DNA of 64,000 bases from an uncultured virus (IMG/VR IMGVR_UViG_3300042860_003432) (Duplodnaviria; Heunggongvirae; Uroviricota; Caudoviricetes): the IMG/VR virus record IMGVR_UViG_3300042860_003432. The stretch is one strand, 5' to 3'. The notes beneath the pieces were generated by a model. It ran no database searches. It was given only the letters and a program-made list of their open reading frames with translations, and was not told where the DNA came from. Shown piece after piece: positions 8,364 through 18,902 of this stretch (the first letter of the stretch is position 1; each line of letters opens with the position of its first letter). The position numbers and the translations under genes are program-made.

Positions 8364-8394
8364 CAAAAAAGCCCGCCAAATAGGCGGGCTTCTT
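8364..8394. terminator. Bidirectional intrinsic terminator
   Basis: AAAAAAGCCCGCC-AAATA-GGCGGGCTTCTT between convergent genes. Confidence 0.8.
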
Positions 8395-8418
8395 GTTTAT
8401 GTTTTAATATAAAAGAAG

Positions 8419-9411
8419 TTATTTGGTATACAAGTTTTTGAACTTATTGAAAGTAGATTCAAACAGAGAGGTTTCTGTTACCTTATCTGGAGAAAAATTT
8501 ACTATTCCCGTTTCTAAAGATTTTTGAGTAGAACGTGCTTGATCGACCTGTGGCATATTTATTCTTGGAGTATCCGTTGCCGGATTTCGCTCTATAATTG
8601 TTGCCTTTGCATTTCTCGCTAAATATTGCGCGACATTGTCGTTCTGCAATTTATCAACTCCCCTGTAAATTTGATCTTTATATCGATTATATACTTCAAG
8701 AAATTCTGGCTTTAAATTGCTATTTACATATTCACGAACAGCTTCTTCGGAACTTTTCATCAAATTTTGTCCCACCGGCTTCTCCGTTGGCATTCCTTTC
8801 AATTCGGCTGCGATTGCTAGATGAAACGCCTTCAATGCCATTTCTGGATTGTCTCCGATTGCTTTATTATTAAAATCCAAACATACCACAGTTGCGTTTG
8901 GATTTGCGCAGCAAATTTTACTCCATCTATGGTGGCCGTCTATTATATATTTTCCCGCATAAGTTATTAGTGGTACTTCTCCATTCTTTGTAGAAAGCAG
9001 TACATTTTGGCCAGTAAGTATTTGATTAAGATCGGCGGTAGTTCCAAATTTACCGGTTCCAATAATATCATCTAAACTATTTCCAAATCCTATTTCAGTT
9101 TGGGACGGTATTAATTTACCAACCACACCCGATGCTCTCTTCACCGTAAAATTTTCTACATCGTCATTGTCTTTTTCTTTTGTTCCAGAAGTAATAAACG
9201 CATGTACCTTTGGGTCAGCGACCAAGGTATTGTATTTTTGAACAAACTGAGATACCGATATTTCTTTAAAGTCATTCCAAAATTCCGCTTTAAATTTTTG
9301 ATCCAAATTTTTAGAATCTTGTTGAGTATCACTTTTTGAGTCGGACTGCTGTTCGGTCGCTTCCAATACCAACTTTTTATGCTTTTCGAAAGTAGATTCA
9401 AATATATTCAT
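8419..9411 (-). CDS. ParB/Srx-like domain protein
   Basis: LIPSQTEI and YIIDGHHRW motifs. Confidence 0.7.
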   Translation of the reverse strand: MNIFESTFEKHKKLVLEATEQQSDSKSDTQQDSKNLDQKFKAEFWNDFKEISVSQFVQKYNTLVADPKVHAFITSGTKEKDNDDVENFTVKRASGVVGKLIPSQTEIGFGNSLDDIIGTGKFGTTADLNQILTGQNVLLSTKNGEVPLITYAGKYIIDGHHRWSKICCANPNATVVCLDFNNKAIGDNPEMALKAFHLAIAAELKGMPTEKPVGQNLMKSSEEAVREYVNSNLKPEFLEVYNRYKDQIYRGVDKLQNDNVAQYLARNAKATIIERNPATDTPRINMPQVDQARSTQKSLETGIVNFSPDKVTETSLFESTFNKFKNLYTK

Positions 9412-9456
9412 ACTGGTTTATAATAAGGTTATGTGTATAAATATATATAAAAAAAC

Positions 9457-9484
9457 AAAAACCCACCGTTTTTGGTGGGTTTTT
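9457..9484. terminator. Intrinsic terminator
   Basis: AAAACCCACC-GTTTTT-GGTGGGTTTT. Confidence 0.75.
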
Positions 9485-9487
9485 ATA

Positions 9488-9706
9488 TTACAGCCACTTC
9501 TTTACTTCAGTATCGTTTTTATATCCACCCTGCTTGGCAAGTGCTTTGATTTTCTTCATTTCATCGCCTTTGATTTCTTCTGCCATCACATTTACAGGAT
9601 GCATGTCATATATCTTACCATTGTCAGTGAGATAATACTTTTTTTCGCCTGCTTCTAATCTAACAACCTTATTGTCTGTAAAAAATACAGCGTCTGTTAT
9701 TTTCAT
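9488..9706 (-). CDS. Hypothetical protein
   Basis: 72-aa ORF coupled by ATGA overlap. Confidence 0.6.
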   Translation of the reverse strand: MKITDAVFFTDNKVVRLEAGEKKYYLTDNGKIYDMHPVNVMAEEIKGDEMKKIKALAKQGGYKNDTEVKKWL

Positions 9707-10104
9707 GATACTTCTTTTACTTCGCCACTTAGTGTAATCAATCCATCAACTGGTATCCAGTTTGTTATTTTGTTGCTATCTACAGGCTTGCCACCAATTC
9801 GTCTATTTACTGCCACCGTGATATGCGGTATAGTATTCTTGCTATAAAAACCAACTACTCTTACCGCAATAGCCTTGTCGCTGATACCATAATGAGTAAT
9901 ATCAAGTTTTTGCTTGGTGCCAAGATATTGTTTTATAAACTCAGGAGCATTACCCATACCTATGGTCATATGATGGCAAATCATTTCCCAGCCATTATCA
10001 CGCGCAAGAATAGGCAATCTAACGCCATTTACTTTGATATTGTCATCTGCCCATTTGACTAACTTTAGATGCGACTTTTCGTCTAATACAACAGCGGTAT
10101 ACAT
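9703..10104 (-). CDS. 2H phosphoesterase (cyclic phosphodiesterase-like)
   Basis: Two HxT motifs: HHMTI and PHITVA. Confidence 0.75.
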   Translation of the reverse strand: MYTAVVLDEKSHLKLVKWADDNIKVNGVRLPILARDNGWEMICHHMTIGMGNAPEFIKQYLGTKQKLDITHYGISDKAIAVRVVGFYSKNTIPHITVAVNRRIGGKPVDSNKITNWIPVDGLITLSGEVKEVS

Positions 10105-10105
10105 A

Positions 10106-10279
10106 TTATTCTGGTAGTTGATAGTTGTCTGGCACTTCGTTCTTTATAACGAACAAAGCATATTCTTCAAGCGACAATCCCAAAGATTCATGCAAGTCTT
10201 CGCCCTGTGGTGTATTTTTCCACACTTTGATGCGTGACTGGATCCTTGCTTCAAGTTTAGGATTGTCGGCTAACTTCAT
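10106..10279 (-). CDS. Hypothetical protein (57 aa, MKLADNPKLE...)
   Basis: Fills the gap between clamp loader and 2H gene; below the ORF-track cutoff. Confidence 0.55.
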   Translation of the reverse strand: MKLADNPKLEARIQSRIKVWKNTPQGEDLHESLGLSLEEYALFVIKNEVPDNYQLPE

Positions 10280-10280
10280 A

Positions 10281-11234
10281 TTATTTGGTGATTGTTAGTA
10301 CCTTATAAATAGTTGCCATAAAGCATATTTCTCTATCTGCCACAGATGCTTCTTGATATTGACCTTCTGCGAGAGCAAGAATAACTTCGCCTTGAGCATT
10401 ACCGGCATATACATCAATCTTTTCATACATCTCTGTATAAAGGTCGCTGAAGTTCTTTAGACTGTTATCTGCCACAAGTTGGCGAATGTCTGTGAATGCC
10501 TGTTTCTTGTTTGTATTCTTGAGCATATCAATCAGTTTGGACTTGATATCACCCTGTAATACATCTTCTTTGGCAAGTTTGAGTTCAGCATTGATTACTC
10601 CACGCTGTGCGGTATTGATGATGGCACGAATGTCTGGATAATGACTATTGACGAGCAATACAACACTCTCCTTATCAAACTTGATATTTTCCTTTTGTAG
10701 AATCTTCACAAGGTTGGCAGCAACATCCTTCTTGGTCGGAGGATGAATAGCATAAGATTGACAACGAGATTGAATAGGTTCGGTGATGCGTTCGTGATAG
10801 TTACAAGTAAGTATGAAGCGAGTGTTCATACTATATGTCTCCATCGTATTACGCAGACCTGCCTGACCAGCGGCGGTCAAATAGTCGGCCTCGTCAAGAA
10901 TAATGACCTTCAAGCCATTGAAGCCAATGGTAGAAGCAAAGTTCTTGATCTTTACACGAATCGTATCAATACCGTTATCATCCGAAGCATTGATGTAGAG
11001 TACATCACACTTGATGCTCTTCGTGATAAGTTTCGCAAGAGTAGTTTTGCCAGTTCCAGCGCCACCATATAAGAGTAGATGTGGTATGTCATTTTCGTTG
11101 ATATATTGCTTTACCTTTTCCTTCAGAACGTCGTTGCCAACATAATCAGCCAAACTTATTGGGCGATACTTTTCGCACCAAAGTGAATGCTCGATGTTGG
11201 TGTTTGTATTTTCGGTCTCTTCAAGAAAGTTCAT
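10281..11234 (-). CDS. Clamp loader AAA+ subunit (gp44/RFC-like)
   Basis: LWCEKYRP, GGAGTGKT, ILDEAD, SRC motifs; start MNFLEE. Confidence 0.95.
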   Translation of the reverse strand: MNFLEETENTNTNIEHSLWCEKYRPISLADYVGNDVLKEKVKQYINENDIPHLLLYGGAGTGKTTLAKLITKSIKCDVLYINASDDNGIDTIRVKIKNFASTIGFNGLKVIILDEADYLTAAGQAGLRNTMETYSMNTRFILTCNYHERITEPIQSRCQSYAIHPPTKKDVAANLVKILQKENIKFDKESVVLLVNSHYPDIRAIINTAQRGVINAELKLAKEDVLQGDIKSKLIDMLKNTNKKQAFTDIRQLVADNSLKNFSDLYTEMYEKIDVYAGNAQGEVILALAEGQYQEASVADREICFMATIYKVLTITK

Positions 11235-11235
11235 T

Positions 11236-11964
11236 TTAGTTGTCAATCTCCTTCTTGATGAGGAAATAGGACGCTTCAAAGTCCTTGTTCTTGAATGATA
11301 TGTTGGAAATGCCAGCAGCAGCGACCTTGAAGATGACTCCGCCAAGACCACGACTCTTGCTGATGATCTCCTTGAAATAGTTGGCATTAAAACTGATGGG
11401 CTTGTCCAACTTGTCCTTGCCAGCAATCGGCGACACATCCAACTTGATGCGGCTGGTATTGATGTTGCTATATCCGATCACCAGTTCCATCTTGTCCTTC
11501 TTGTTCATAAGAAGAGTAAATGTCTCAACTTCCGGCAGAGCATTCTTGGCCTTGATATACTTCTCAATGAAAATATCATCCATAGGAATCTCAACATCAT
11601 ATGACTTGATTTCCTTGACCTTGGGGGCGGATGGAATAATAGACAGGTCCGCCAGCAATACCGTGGAGTCAGTGGAGCCATCAGACACAGACCAACTGAT
11701 GGGTCGGTCATCAATCTTATTCACGGCGATTTCAATAGTTTCGTCCAGCACGCCAATCATCTTCTTGACTTGAGCAGTATCGTGAATGCCATACTCGCCG
11801 TTATCAATCTTGATGTTGGAAAAGGAAACAATACCGGCAAGAGTACGATCCTCGGATACGAAGTTCGTCTTGATGGCACTTCCGTCAGATACAATCTTCA
11901 CGGACTCAATCGTCCCGTTTAGATTGTAAAGGTCAATGAACTTGTTTAGTTCTGATTTATTCAT
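11236..11964 (-). CDS. Sliding clamp (gp45-like)
   Basis: 242 aa, located between polymerase and clamp loader; alternating beta/alpha pattern. Confidence 0.75.
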   Translation of the reverse strand: MNKSELNKFIDLYNLNGTIESVKIVSDGSAIKTNFVSEDRTLAGIVSFSNIKIDNGEYGIHDTAQVKKMIGVLDETIEIAVNKIDDRPISWSVSDGSTDSTVLLADLSIIPSAPKVKEIKSYDVEIPMDDIFIEKYIKAKNALPEVETFTLLMNKKDKMELVIGYSNINTSRIKLDVSPIAGKDKLDKPISFNANYFKEIISKSRGLGGVIFKVAAAGISNISFKNKDFEASYFLIKKEIDN

Positions 11965-12009
11965 AGTAGTAGTGTTTATATGATGTATAAAATGTATGGT
12001 TTGTCAATG

Positions 12010-14526
12010 TCAAAAAGCAAAGAACTCACTGATTGCTTCTTCATCTTCGCTGTATAATGTCCAGTTTAGTGCTTCATAAAAGTGCTTGAGTTTCTTTTCT
12101 AACTCAGCATCCCAGATACGGTTACGGTCAATATACTGATTGATAAAGTCCATAACAATCTTGGGGTCTTTACCATCATCCTTGAACGCAAGTCCATCCA
12201 AGCCAAATGGATTACTTTTTACATATGCCCATTTGATTTTTCCGCCGCTCATAATGGGTTCTGTTTCTGTAAGATTATATCTCTTTAGCATATCGTTATA
12301 TGCGAGAGCAGCCTTACACTGAGCAGTAGAACCATCAACGAAATGAAATAGTTCTCTATCCTTGGGATTGAAATCTGTCTTGGCGTCGGTATTGGCGATG
12401 AACCGAACAGAAGTATTCTTGGCAATGTCTTCAAGGTTGAACGACTTCATAGACGACTTGAAGTCCAGAATCTTCTTATCCAGTTGCTTCTTGTCTGTAC
12501 CACGCAATATGTCTTCCAGCACCGAACTCATAAAATCTCTGAACTTCTTGGGGTAACTTGAACGCACAACGTCCAGACCCTTGATTTCAATGTCGTTGGT
12601 GTCCTTACCCAGTTCCATATTATACACCTTGAGCATTGCATAACGCTTCTTGACTATCCAGAATGCGGCTTGAGCAACAACGTCGGGAGCAATCTTGATG
12701 CGATTGTCTGTGCTATTGAACATCTTTACCATCATCACCTTGTAAAAGTCATTCAAGCCGTCAGCAACCTCATTGATAGTATTGATGGCATATGGCTTGA
12801 TGTCTATTATCTTCTCGTGCTTGGCAAGAGAGTTGATGTCAAGATACAGCGAGTCAGTATCAATATAGATTACATAGTCCTTGTCTTTTGTATCGCAGCG
12901 TTTGTTGAAGCGGGCATTTACAAACTTGGCACTGGTCTTGATGATTTCCTGTCCAGTAAGTGTAACAGCGGCGGCATTATCAAGATCATAGAATCTGAAA
13001 ATGGGAAGACCAAGAACACCATACAACGAGTTAAGCAAAATCTTCTGCACTTGCTGACGACGCTTCCAGAATGCAGTAGCCGCCTTGTCTCCACTATCAG
13101 ACGCTTCTTTCATCTTGTTCTTGTATTCTACACGTTCAGCAAACCACTTCTTTAGAATATCTGGAATACAACCAATCTTTTTCTGATCATATACCACCCC
13201 GTTGGCACTTACAGACAGGTTGTTTTCCGCAAAGAACGTGTTGAGTTGCTTGTATGTATATTTGTCGTCGGCAAAATCAACAACATCTTCTGTCTGCTTG
13301 GCAAACTTCTCCGCACTCCAGTTATTGATTACTGCCATCTTGGTCTCTGGAGAGATGTTGATGCTCATGATCACGCTGGGATACAGCGAGTTGATGTCGG
13401 CAGAACATACCCAATCATATCGACCAGGTACAGGATCTTTTACATACGCACCAACAAATCCTTCTTCACTATCATCCTCGTCGTCTCCAACAGAGTCTTC
13501 GTCATCTTTTTGTTGTGGCTTGTTTGGAGCAACAAGTTTCTTGCGGCGAAGATATGTAAGCAACGCACCTTCAAGAATCTTGCTGGAAATGCTGAATTCT
13601 TCATAACCCGTGTGACAAACGTGGCAGATGCTCTGAGCAAGGTCAATGAACTGCAACTTGTCATTCATCTTGCGAACAAGCACAATGTCGTGCAAGTTAT
13701 ACTCAATAAACTTGTTGATGTCGGTCTTCTTCAAGTTGTCCAGAGAACCATCATAATCAACCTTACCAACACCCAGTTCTTCCTTGGCGACAGTATCAAG
13801 ACGATAGTTGGGCAAGTTCTTCTGGCTATATTTCTTATACAGCAAGATATAGTCCAGCGTATTCACGCCAGCGATGGTCATCTTGTTCTTGAACTTGTTG
13901 AAATAGCAAACTCCGATGGGAGACAACTGCCCAGCAGTTTCTTCATCAAACACTTTGAGCAGTCGAGCGTGAAGATAAGGAAAGTCAAAGCCGTCAATGT
14001 TCCATCCAGTAGCAATAGTAGGATTGACTTCTCTCCACTTGGTCAAGAACGCCTTGAGCAAATCTTGTTCGTGCAGATACGCAGTTACTTCTGCACCGTG
14101 CATTACGCCATCTTTTACAACACCATCTTCATCAAGAACAAAGCAATAGTATTTGTTATTTGCTACATCGCACAACGCAATAGCAGTAATCTTCTGCACA
14201 GGATTTTCCACGTTGGGATATCCGCCAGTAGAATCCACTTCAATGTCAAGCACCGCAAGACGATGGTTGGATGATACATCATCGCTGCTTCCATAAACAT
14301 CTATCAGAAAACGAGTTTCAACAGGAACATCCGACTCAAGCAACGAAGAATCTCGCGGATTGAACTTCTCAACTCGCTCAAGTTCTTGACCATAAATGGA
14401 CTTATATTTTCCGCCCTTCTTCTTTTTATACGCATATGGCACATACTTCACTCTGGCATAACCATTTTGGTCATCCCAAACGTGCACAAAGTTGGCCTTG
14501 CGATCATAGAATATGGCTTGATACAT
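12010..14526 (-). CDS. DNA polymerase family B (gp43-like)
   Basis: Exo DIE; GWNIDGFD; DINSLYPS; KILLNSLYG; YIDTDS; KKRYA; C-terminal clamp-binding ISEFFAF. Confidence 0.97.
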   Translation of the reverse strand: MYQAIFYDRKANFVHVWDDQNGYARVKYVPYAYKKKKGGKYKSIYGQELERVEKFNPRDSSLLESDVPVETRFLIDVYGSSDDVSSNHRLAVLDIEVDSTGGYPNVENPVQKITAIALCDVANNKYYCFVLDEDGVVKDGVMHGAEVTAYLHEQDLLKAFLTKWREVNPTIATGWNIDGFDFPYLHARLLKVFDEETAGQLSPIGVCYFNKFKNKMTIAGVNTLDYILLYKKYSQKNLPNYRLDTVAKEELGVGKVDYDGSLDNLKKTDINKFIEYNLHDIVLVRKMNDKLQFIDLAQSICHVCHTGYEEFSISSKILEGALLTYLRRKKLVAPNKPQQKDDEDSVGDDEDDSEEGFVGAYVKDPVPGRYDWVCSADINSLYPSVIMSINISPETKMAVINNWSAEKFAKQTEDVVDFADDKYTYKQLNTFFAENNLSVSANGVVYDQKKIGCIPDILKKWFAERVEYKNKMKEASDSGDKAATAFWKRRQQVQKILLNSLYGVLGLPIFRFYDLDNAAAVTLTGQEIIKTSAKFVNARFNKRCDTKDKDYVIYIDTDSLYLDINSLAKHEKIIDIKPYAINTINEVADGLNDFYKVMMVKMFNSTDNRIKIAPDVVAQAAFWIVKKRYAMLKVYNMELGKDTNDIEIKGLDVVRSSYPKKFRDFMSSVLEDILRGTDKKQLDKKILDFKSSMKSFNLEDIAKNTSVRFIANTDAKTDFNPKDRELFHFVDGSTAQCKAALAYNDMLKRYNLTETEPIMSGGKIKWAYVKSNPFGLDGLAFKDDGKDPKIVMDFINQYIDRNRIWDAELEKKLKHFYEALNWTLYSEDEEAISEFFAF

Positions 14527-14611
14527 ACCAAAAACTCTAACAGAATAGATACAATTGTCAAGGTTTAATACGAATAGTACGATCTACAGTATACCACAAA
14601 TTTTCACGCAA

Positions 14612-15856
14612 TTATTGTACTCCGATACGTCGTGGTTCTATGTCGTGTTTTTTGTATATTATACACAGCTTATCATTAGAATAAAACTCTATTTTGTCAA
14701 CCATAGATATCACATCAGGATTAATTTTATTGTTAAACTCCATAGATCGTGCTTGTATAGCCTTAAATACTTTTATAGTATTTAATGCAACGTGCAGATC
14801 TTCTATGGCATATACTCCTCCAGCATTCAGCGTACAAAATAATTCATTGAAAGAAATTATATGATGTTCGTGAACATGACTACCGTCATCTAATATAAAA
14901 TCGTACTTTTTATCTCGTAAACTTCTTAGAAAAGAAGGATCTGATTGATCACCAATTTTTATTTTTATCGTGTCACTTTCCAACTCACTCTTTTTAAATC
15001 TATTCTCATTAATATCTATTCCGGTAATATTACACTTTTTGTCAAAATAATCGTCCCACATCTTCAAAGAACTTCCAAAACTAACACCAATCTCAAGCAT
15101 ATCTTGTATGTTTCTATTTTTTAATATTTTTTGATAATGTTCTACATATCCATGTCCCTTGATACCATTTTTTGGCAAAATACTATTTGGAACTTTTTTA
15201 TCTGTATTGTATTTTTCTGCCAATACCATCAAATTTCTTCCAATCTTGGTGTTATTTTTTTGTATCGTAGTTGCTGCATTGTATCCGTGAACAATAAGTT
15301 TTACCAAATTTTTTGGAAGCTCGAATGATTTTTTAACAATAGAATAAAATTTATCGTGCTGTTCAGTCATTAACCATATTTCTGGAGTTTCTTGGCACAA
15401 CGATAAAAACATGGAAGGAGACCTGTCGGTATATATTCTGCCCATATATTCTTCACCCGTATGCATATCTACTTTTGTAGGTTGCGCGAATAATAAAAAT
15501 TTTTTGTACTTTTCAATATGTTTTAAATAACTTTCGTGTATCGATTGAACATAATTATTTTCCATATAATCGTCACAGTCGTGTCTAGTTTGTATGTTAT
15601 ATCCTTCTGCGAGTATAATTTGTTTATAGCTACTTTGGTTGCAAACGACATTAACTTTAGAATTGTTTTTAATAAATTCTTTTTTAATCATTTCCGCGTG
15701 CTTTGGTATTTGTTGATTCGTCGTAATATATAATGTAAAATCTTTATTAGACTGAGCGCATATTGACGGTATAAAAAATTTTCTCATGGGTATAAAATAC
15801 CGCATAAACAGCTTGTCATCTGCGAAGTTACATCTAGTTACAATTGCGTGTTTCAT
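14612..15856 (-). CDS. Glycosyltransferase-like plus class I SAM methyltransferase fusion
   Basis: TRHDCDD motif in the N-half; LEIGV..GSSL, GIDI, DDGSH, GGVYAIED in the C-half. Confidence 0.8.
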   Translation of the reverse strand: MKHAIVTRCNFADDKLFMRYFIPMRKFFIPSICAQSNKDFTLYITTNQQIPKHAEMIKKEFIKNNSKVNVVCNQSSYKQIILAEGYNIQTRHDCDDYMENNYVQSIHESYLKHIEKYKKFLLFAQPTKVDMHTGEEYMGRIYTDRSPSMFLSLCQETPEIWLMTEQHDKFYSIVKKSFELPKNLVKLIVHGYNAATTIQKNNTKIGRNLMVLAEKYNTDKKVPNSILPKNGIKGHGYVEHYQKILKNRNIQDMLEIGVSFGSSLKMWDDYFDKKCNITGIDINENRFKKSELESDTIKIKIGDQSDPSFLRSLRDKKYDFILDDGSHVHEHHIISFNELFCTLNAGGVYAIEDLHVALNTIKVFKAIQARSMEFNNKINPDVISMVDKIEFYSNDKLCIIYKKHDIEPRRIGVQ

Positions 15857-16467
15857 ATTTTTTTATCTATACCGGATATTTTTGATGATTTATTGTTGTC
15901 GTGTATTACTAGTTTTACGTATCCAGTCTCTATTGAAATCACTTTTGACACAAATTTAGGAAACTGACCGTGATATGTGTGTAATATATGTTTGTTTGGT
16001 GTTCTCTGGCATAACGTGAGAAACATAGATGTACAGTTATCTGGATACGTTTTTGTAGTATATTCCTCTCCAGTATTAAAATCGAGTTTTGTTGGCTGGG
16101 CGTGAATCAGAAACTCATCATATTTTTCTATATTCTCATTATAAATTTCTTGTATTTTTTGAATATATTTGGGATCCATATAATCGTCGCAATCGTGACG
16201 GGTCTGAATGTTATAGCCGTTGCCGATTACATAGTTTCCAAAATCGCTTAACGTTGTATCTACATCTATTCCACTTTCTTTAAACTCTTGATGTATTAGT
16301 TCTTGATGATGTGGATACTTTTCATTGTTGGTATTAAAAAACAATTTAAAGTTTTTGCAAATTTGTTTTTTTACCGAAGGTATGAACGTATTTTTCATTA
16401 CTTCAAAATATTTCCTGAATAATCCATCGTCTACAAAGTTACATCGACTGAGGATTATATGTTTCAT
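15853..16467 (-). CDS. Putative glycosyltransferase (rhamnosyltransferase-like GT-A)
   Basis: IQTRHDCDDYM; paralogue of the N-half of 14612-15856. Confidence 0.7.
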   Translation of the reverse strand: MKHIILSRCNFVDDGLFRKYFEVMKNTFIPSVKKQICKNFKLFFNTNNEKYPHHQELIHQEFKESGIDVDTTLSDFGNYVIGNGYNIQTRHDCDDYMDPKYIQKIQEIYNENIEKYDEFLIHAQPTKLDFNTGEEYTTKTYPDNCTSMFLTLCQRTPNKHILHTYHGQFPKFVSKVISIETGYVKLVIHDNNKSSKISGIDKKI

Positions 16468-17156
16468 AGTTTATTGTTCTGCTTGACTATGAACTTGGCA
16501 ATATCCGTTTTCAGCAAATCGCAATTTGGTATAACACAATGACCACCAATCTTTCCATCCTCGTGCTTCAGATTATATCGTGCATATTGCGGAAATCCTA
16601 ACTTTTCATATCCTATATTGTATGTCCGATTTGATTTTATATACACCATGTCAAAATCAAGATTATGCTTCTTACAGAAGTTGTATATCTCCTTTTCCGC
16701 GATTATATTAAGCCCGTATAAAGTCGTACAATACAACTTCATGACTTCAAGTGATTCTTGGCTGTCGTGTTCTTCAACGGCGACACCGACTTCGTTGAAG
16801 TACTTTACCAAATATTCGCATCTTGGAGCCAAATATTTGACAAACGTTTTTAAACTCTGTTCCAAGTGTGGATGTATGCCACGTACCGGAGAATAGTATG
16901 CTTTACATTTCTTAGCGGTTTTCATCGGAACCGTGCTATGAATAACAGTATACGTTGGCTTATACAACTTCTTATATTTTTTAACTTCACGCACAAACTC
17001 TTTGCTGTATGGGAAGCAGATATGCATTACATTCACATCTTTTACATCTATGGATTGGTTATAATCGACGGAATATACTTCATACTTTTCTTTAAGTATA
17101 TTATACATAGACTTTCCTATTTCTCCAAACCCTACTATTAGTTCAATGTTTTTCAT
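16464..17156 (-). CDS. NDP-sugar dehydrogenase-like (UDP-glucose/GDP-mannose dehydrogenase family)
   Basis: GFGEIG Rossmann motif, IHSTVP, SPVRG, IGGHCV. Confidence 0.8.
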   Translation of the reverse strand: MKNIELIVGFGEIGKSMYNILKEKYEVYSVDYNQSIDVKDVNVMHICFPYSKEFVREVKKYKKLYKPTYTVIHSTVPMKTAKKCKAYYSPVRGIHPHLEQSLKTFVKYLAPRCEYLVKYFNEVGVAVEEHDSQESLEVMKLYCTTLYGLNIIAEKEIYNFCKKHNLDFDMVYIKSNRTYNIGYEKLGFPQYARYNLKHEDGKIGGHCVIPNCDLLKTDIAKFIVKQNNKL

Positions 17157-18901
17157 AAAATTCCATCTTCATTTCTATTTAAGAAATATTCGAATATATC
17201 CTTGTATACCGATTCTTCTACATTGTCAATCTGCAATAAACCAATACTATTTAATTTTATGCAATTTGCAATATCTAATTTTTTTAATATTTTATGTCTA
17301 AACTTATAATTTCTTCCTTCTTTCTCTCCGTGCCATTCGTGAATGAATCCACCCTTTATACAGGTTACCGATTCGTTCACATAAGCATATATCTTTTCTT
17401 TCCAGGCTGTATATTCTGTGTGGGACTTACCACTTAAGTTTTTAAACACGGGCCTATCATTTATACAGTTTTCAAACAACGAATATAAAAATAATGTGTC
17501 TCCTCCTCCAACGGCACAATACGGATATAATCCCCCGTGTTTCCAAAATTCTCTATTTGCTGCCCATGCACCACCGGGATGACCCTCGTTTGTCTTAGTC
17601 GGACCACCCGCGTGGATGTTTCCCAATGTATTTTTTATAATACCACCATATCTGTTTGTCAGGTTTCCAGTTTGATACATTTGTACCAACTTATACTTTG
17701 TTAGTGCGTTGGAAGTATCTATATACCATTTTTTATTTGTAAAAATAAGGTCGGTGTCTATCCACGCAATCTTTGTAAAATGTTCTGGTATATATTTTTC
17801 CAATAAATTTAATGCAGCTTCTTTTTGAAAACAAATATTATTTCTATTTACCTTGATCTGTATAAATCCATCCATATCCGTAGTTTCAAATTTATCCGTA
17901 AGTGACAGTTCTATTCCATATAAAGGAACGCCGTCATATTTCATTCTTCCCAGAAATCTGTAAAAATTATTTTTTGGATGCTCAAACCCGCACCAATTAT
18001 AATAGCAGCACATTACTGCCATATCATTGTGTACGTGCGATTCGTTCATTTTTAATTTTCCATCATTTCCTAACCCATATATCGTGAAAGTATCGATGGG
18101 TTTTTCATTTTTTTTCGAGATTACATAATTCAATTCGCCGAACAATTGAATAGTGCTATAATTTTCAGTGAATAAATATTCTGGATTTGGCCATACGTCG
18201 TGTGCACGTAAGTCATATATCATATTAGAATATTTATCTTTTGTGGAAGATATTGAATTTGGTCGCAACTGTTTAGACAAATTGTTTTCGTGATATCTTC
18301 TATAAAATAATGGATCTTCTATTTTATGGACCGGAATAGATTGAGCCGCACATCGTTCCGAGAATTCTGCATCTGCCGCGCATGTCCACGGACGAAATCC
18401 ATTCATATCAATCAATAGTTGTTTTTTTATACCAAAACATCCGTGGGAATATATTGACGATTTACTCAAATTTTTATCACCAGAAAAATTTTTTCCGTGG
18501 TCAAAATTATAAAATTTATATTTTACAATATCATTCTGCAACAATGCTTCGTTTATTTTTTTTATCGAATCTGGCATCATTACGTCGTCCGAATCAAAAA
18601 ATAAAATATTTTTATATTTTGCCTTTTTAAGTAAAGTATTTCTTATTATATATGGACCAACATTTTTTGAAAAATAAAATATTTTAATACAACTATTTTT
18701 AAAAATTTTATGGCTGTTCAAAAACACTAACGTCTCATTGCAATTGTCTATACCTAGTAATATTTCGAAAGAATCGCACCTCTTCGCCGAAATAATTATG
18801 GAATCAATACATTCCTCCAAAAATTTTGTATTTTTGTAGGTAGGAATTACGATTGATACCTCGTATCTTTTTTTTATAACATTATGTAACCATTTAAACA
18901 T
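17153..18901 (-). CDS. Two-domain glycosyltransferase (GT2 plus second GT-A)
   Basis: SIVIPTY...FFDSDD; second domain QKEAALN...AWIDTD. Confidence 0.85.
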   Translation of the reverse strand: MFKWLHNVIKKRYEVSIVIPTYKNTKFLEECIDSIIISAKRCDSFEILLGIDNCNETLVFLNSHKIFKNSCIKIFYFSKNVGPYIIRNTLLKKAKYKNILFFDSDDVMMPDSIKKINEALLQNDIVKYKFYNFDHGKNFSGDKNLSKSSIYSHGCFGIKKQLLIDMNGFRPWTCAADAEFSERCAAQSIPVHKIEDPLFYRRYHENNLSKQLRPNSISSTKDKYSNMIYDLRAHDVWPNPEYLFTENYSTIQLFGELNYVISKKNEKPIDTFTIYGLGNDGKLKMNESHVHNDMAVMCCYYNWCGFEHPKNNFYRFLGRMKYDGVPLYGIELSLTDKFETTDMDGFIQIKVNRNNICFQKEAALNLLEKYIPEHFTKIAWIDTDLIFTNKKWYIDTSNALTKYKLVQMYQTGNLTNRYGGIIKNTLGNIHAGGPTKTNEGHPGGAWAANREFWKHGGLYPYCAVGGGDTLFLYSLFENCINDRPVFKNLSGKSHTEYTAWKEKIYAYVNESVTCIKGGFIHEWHGEKEGRNYKFRHKILKKLDIANCIKLNSIGLLQIDNVEESVYKDIFEYFLNRNEDGIL

Positions 18902-18902
18902 A

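Noticed and set aside
11235..11438. N-terminal extension of the clamp loader in the ORF track
   Set aside because: Overlaps the sliding clamp in another frame; the ATG at 11234 directly follows the clamp stop
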